This document shows, in pieces, positions 61,170-64,000 of a DNA stretch of 64,000 nt. Within the stretch, counting starts at the first letter, position 1, and each line of letters opens with the position of its first letter. The translations under genes and the position numbers were made by a program. Below the pieces are notes generated by a model. It did not search any database, was not told the DNA's origin, and saw nothing but the letters and a program-made list of their open reading frames with translations. This stretch comes from Lytechinus pictus (lineage: Eukaryota): assembly GCF_037042905.1 (NCBI RefSeq), contig NC_087263.1:13456001-13520000 (forward strand), in the 5' to 3' direction.

Positions 61170-64000
61170 ATGCCTGTTAATTTGTGTTCTGTTTTCCCAT
61201 TCTACTCTATCAATAATGATGATTTTCTTAACTGTGTAAATCAAACTAACAATCAACTTATAACATATGATGATTTAAATAATATGAGTGAAGATATAAG
61301 ACTAAATGATTCTGCTCCTATTCTCGATTTTGAATTTGATCAACAATATGTAAATGATTGCAAATACTATTCCGACGATGACTTCAAAGAATCTATTGAC
61401 CCTAATTTGGTACAGTTCAGTGCTATCCACTTTAATTCGAGGAGCATGGTAAAAAATTTCGATAAAATTTCTGCGTACCTGAGCAGCCTTTCTTTCAATT
61501 TTACTGTTATAGGTATAACTGAGACTTGGTTAAACTCAGAAAACGAAAATCGGTTCATATTGGATGGTTATAACTTTATCAATGATAATAGAAAAGACGG
61601 TAGAGGAGGAGGCGTTGGAGTATATTTAGATGAACGACTACTCTATCAATTACGCAATGATCTAAATCCGACATGTTCTTCGTGTGAATCTATTTTCATT
61701 GAAATCAATATACCTAATGTTAAAAGTATTATAGTTGGAATAATCTATAGGGCCCCGAAATCTAATCTTCGTCAATACGCTGAATATTTTTCCGATTTAT
61801 TGCAAAAACTTTCAAAAGAAAACAAACAAATATATCTACTTGGAGATTATAATATCAATTTATTGAATATGACTTCAAATAGTACTATCAACTTAATGAA
61901 TACAATTGCACAATATGGCTTTTATATCAAAATTAACTTGCCAACTCGTGTAACTAATACATCTCAATCTATTATAGACAATATATTAACAAATGAAAGT
62001 GATATTATCTCGGGTGTGCTTTATTCTCCAATAACTGATCACATGCCAATTTTTTTTTACAAGAAAGGAATTCTTAAGAATGATTCAGCCCAATATTACA
62101 CTTCAAGGAAAATCAATGAATCAACGATCAATAGTTTTTTTGTTGAACTGTATAATGTTGACTGGAGTGAAGTACTAGCATGTATCGATGCTGACAAATC
62201 CTATAATTTATTCATGAAAATGTTCATCAAACTTTATGATAAACATTTTCCTCGTCAACAACAAAAAAGGAGAAGAAGAAATAGAAAACCGTGGGTTACC
62301 AACAAAATTTTAAGATTAATAAAAAAAAAGAATAAATGTTTCAAAATATTTTGCCAAACTAGACTTGCCAGTAACGAGAGAAAATTTAAAAAAATTAGAA
62401 ATAAACTTATTAATATCATTCGTATATCTCGTCAAGAATATTACAAAAAAATATTATATATGAATCAGAGTAGTATAAAAAAGACATGGAAAACTATTAA
62501 TGAGTTATTAGGTAAGAAGAAAAATCTAATCCCCAAAGTGTTTAAATGTAATCAAAAAATATATTCTCAACCATCTGAAATATCTGATGCATTCAATGAG
62601 TATTTTGTAAATGTTGGAAAAAATATTAGTGATATGGTCCCACAATCTATTCATTCTTCTCACTTTTATTGTCGAACAAATGTGGTTGGTTCCTTCTTTT
62701 TATCACCTGTACATATAAATGAATTGATTAATATTTGTAAATGCCTTAAAAGTAGTGCAAGTTGTGGAATTGATAACGTAAATTGTAAAGTTGTTAAGCG
62801 TGTCATTTATGCCATTGCCTTGCCTTTAGCTCACGTATTTAATCCGTCTTTTGCAACTGGGAAAGTACCTTCAAAACTCAAAGAATCTAAAGTAATTCCC
62901 GTTTTTAAGAAAGATGACCCCGATAAATTTGTAAATTATAGACCAATATCCCTCTTACCATGTTTCTCCAAATTGCTTGAACGACTAGTATATAATCGAT
63001 TACATAAGTTTTTAAACAGTAATGATATCTTAAGTGATTCTCAATACGGATTTCGACCCACTTATTCCTGTGAGCATGTTCTTTTAAAAGTTAAACAAAA
63101 AATAATGGATTCATTTATTGCTGACGAACATATAATTGGGGTCTTCTTAGATCTATCTAAAGCTTTCGATTCTATGGACCATTCATTACTTTTATTTAAA
63201 CTTAATCAATATGGAGTTCGAGGGATCGCGTTAGACTGGTTTAGGGATTATCTTTTAAATAGGGTTCAACATACATTTGTCCACGGTGTCTTATCTTCTT
63301 CATTAAATGTTTCCGTTGGGGTACCGCAAGGATCAATTTTAGGCCCCTTGTTATTTCTTTTATATATAAACGACCTTTGTAAATCATCTAATTTGTTAAC
63401 CTTTTATCAATTTGCTGATGACACAAGTATTTTTTATTCTTCTAAAGATTTAAATAATACCATCCACATCCTGAACAATGAACTCCAAAATGTTTCCGAC
63501 TGGTTGAAAGCAAATAAGTTGTCCCTGAATATCAATAAAACTAGATGCATCTATTTTAATAAAAATAAATCTTTAACACGAACCCATACTGACAAATCTA
63601 ATAATTATAATCCAATTGACAACGCTCATATTCACATTTATATCGACAATAAACGTATCGAATTAAGTAATTCCATTAACTTTTTAGGTGTCACATTGGA
63701 TAATCTTTTGAGTTTTAAGTACCATATGATAAATGTATTACATAAGATGAGCAGGAATACTGGTTTAATTTACAAACTTAAGCATAGTTTACTTCATAAA
63801 AATCTGATAACTCTATACCATTCCATAATTTTCCCTTATTTAAAATATTGCAATATTGTCTGGGCTACCAATGCTACCTCATATGAATTGGACTCAATAT
63901 TCAAAATTCAAAAGAAATGTTTAAGAATAATTACCAATTCCCATTACCTAGCACCATCCGCACCTTTATTTAAGAAATTGTCTTTACTTAATATATATGA
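61170..64000 (+). CDS. LINE ORF2 (APE endonuclease plus reverse transcriptase), 3' partial
   Basis: ATG at 61170; HFNSRS, GITETWL, GGGVG, YRAP, GDYNI, TDHMP, LDLSKAFD, GVPQGSILGPLLF, FADDT; same frame at the window end (943 codons) and no terminated + ORF is listed in the track. Confidence 0.88.
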   Translation, partial: MPVNLCSVFPFYSINNDDFLNCVNQTNNQLITYDDLNNMSEDIRLNDSAPILDFEFDQQYVNDCKYYSDDDFKESIDPNLVQFSAIHFNSRSMVKNFDKISAYLSSLSFNFTVIGITETWLNSENENRFILDGYNFINDNRKDGRGGGVGVYLDERLLYQLRNDLNPTCSSCESIFIEINIPNVKSIIVGIIYRAPKSNLRQYAEYFSDLLQKLSKENKQIYLLGDYNINLLNMTSNSTINLMNTIAQYGFYIKINLPTRVTNTSQSIIDNILTNESDIISGVLYSPITDHMPIFFYKKGILKNDSAQYYTSRKINESTINSFFVELYNVDWSEVLACIDADKSYNLFMKMFIKLYDKHFPRQQQKRRRRNRKPWVTNKILRLIKKKNKCFKIFCQTRLASNERKFKKIRNKLINIIRISRQEYYKKILYMNQSSIKKTWKTINELLGKKKNLIPKVFKCNQKIYSQPSEISDAFNEYFVNVGKNISDMVPQSIHSSHFYCRTNVVGSFFLSPVHINELINICKCLKSSASCGIDNVNCKVVKRVIYAIALPLAHVFNPSFATGKVPSKLKESKVIPVFKKDDPDKFVNYRPISLLPCFSKLLERLVYNRLHKFLNSNDILSDSQYGFRPTYSCEHVLLKVKQKIMDSFIADEHIIGVFLDLSKAFDSMDHSLLLFKLNQYGVRGIALDWFRDYLLNRVQHTFVHGVLSSSLNVSVGVPQGSILGPLLFLLYINDLCKSSNLLTFYQFADDTSIFYSSKDLNNTIHILNNELQNVSDWLKANKLSLNINKTRCIYFNKNKSLTRTHTDKSNNYNPIDNAHIHIYIDNKRIELSNSINFLGVTLDNLLSFKYHMINVLHKMSRNTGLIYKLKHSLLHKNLITLYHSIIFPYLKYCNIVWATNATSYELDSIFKIQKKCLRIITNSHYLAPSAPLFKKLSLLNIY

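Larger units (their letters stand above)
59008..64000 (+). mobile_element. Apparently intact CR1-group LINE (5' UTR, ORF1, ORF2; runs off the window)
   Basis: Two-ORF architecture; 5' boundary inferred from where similarity to the paralogous intron segment at ~58110-58290 ends. Confidence 0.85.

Overview
AT-rich, intron- and repeat-rich animal genomic DNA. It is most likely from an echinoderm (sea urchin-like); this is inferred from gene content and repeat types, not proven. Two convergent multi-exon genes can be assembled by hand with consistent splice phases. (1) A complete + strand secreted MACPF + ApeC (apextrin-type) gene: 9 coding exons, 12436-29452, 560 aa, including two small exons missing from the ORF track. 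(2) The 3' part of a - strand single-pass membrane protein gene (sushi, Ca-binding EGF x2, SEA-like, EGF-like, TM, Tyr-rich tail; 58815-38748). It carries an internal tandem duplication, one copy of which is split by a ~10 kb stack of three LINEs. The rest is mobile DNA: CR1/L2/RTE-X-like LINEs (one apparently intact), a Penelope GIY-YIG fragment, tRNA-derived SINEs, many TIR MITEs with TSDs, and a Helentron-like (HINE) element with a ~155-bp tandem array. The most striking observation is Transib/RAG-like non-autonomous elements with CACAGTG (RSS heptamer) ends, found twice at the same CGGCG site of two diverged HINE heads. All coordinates were counted by eye; family assignments rest on motifs only, with no database searches.
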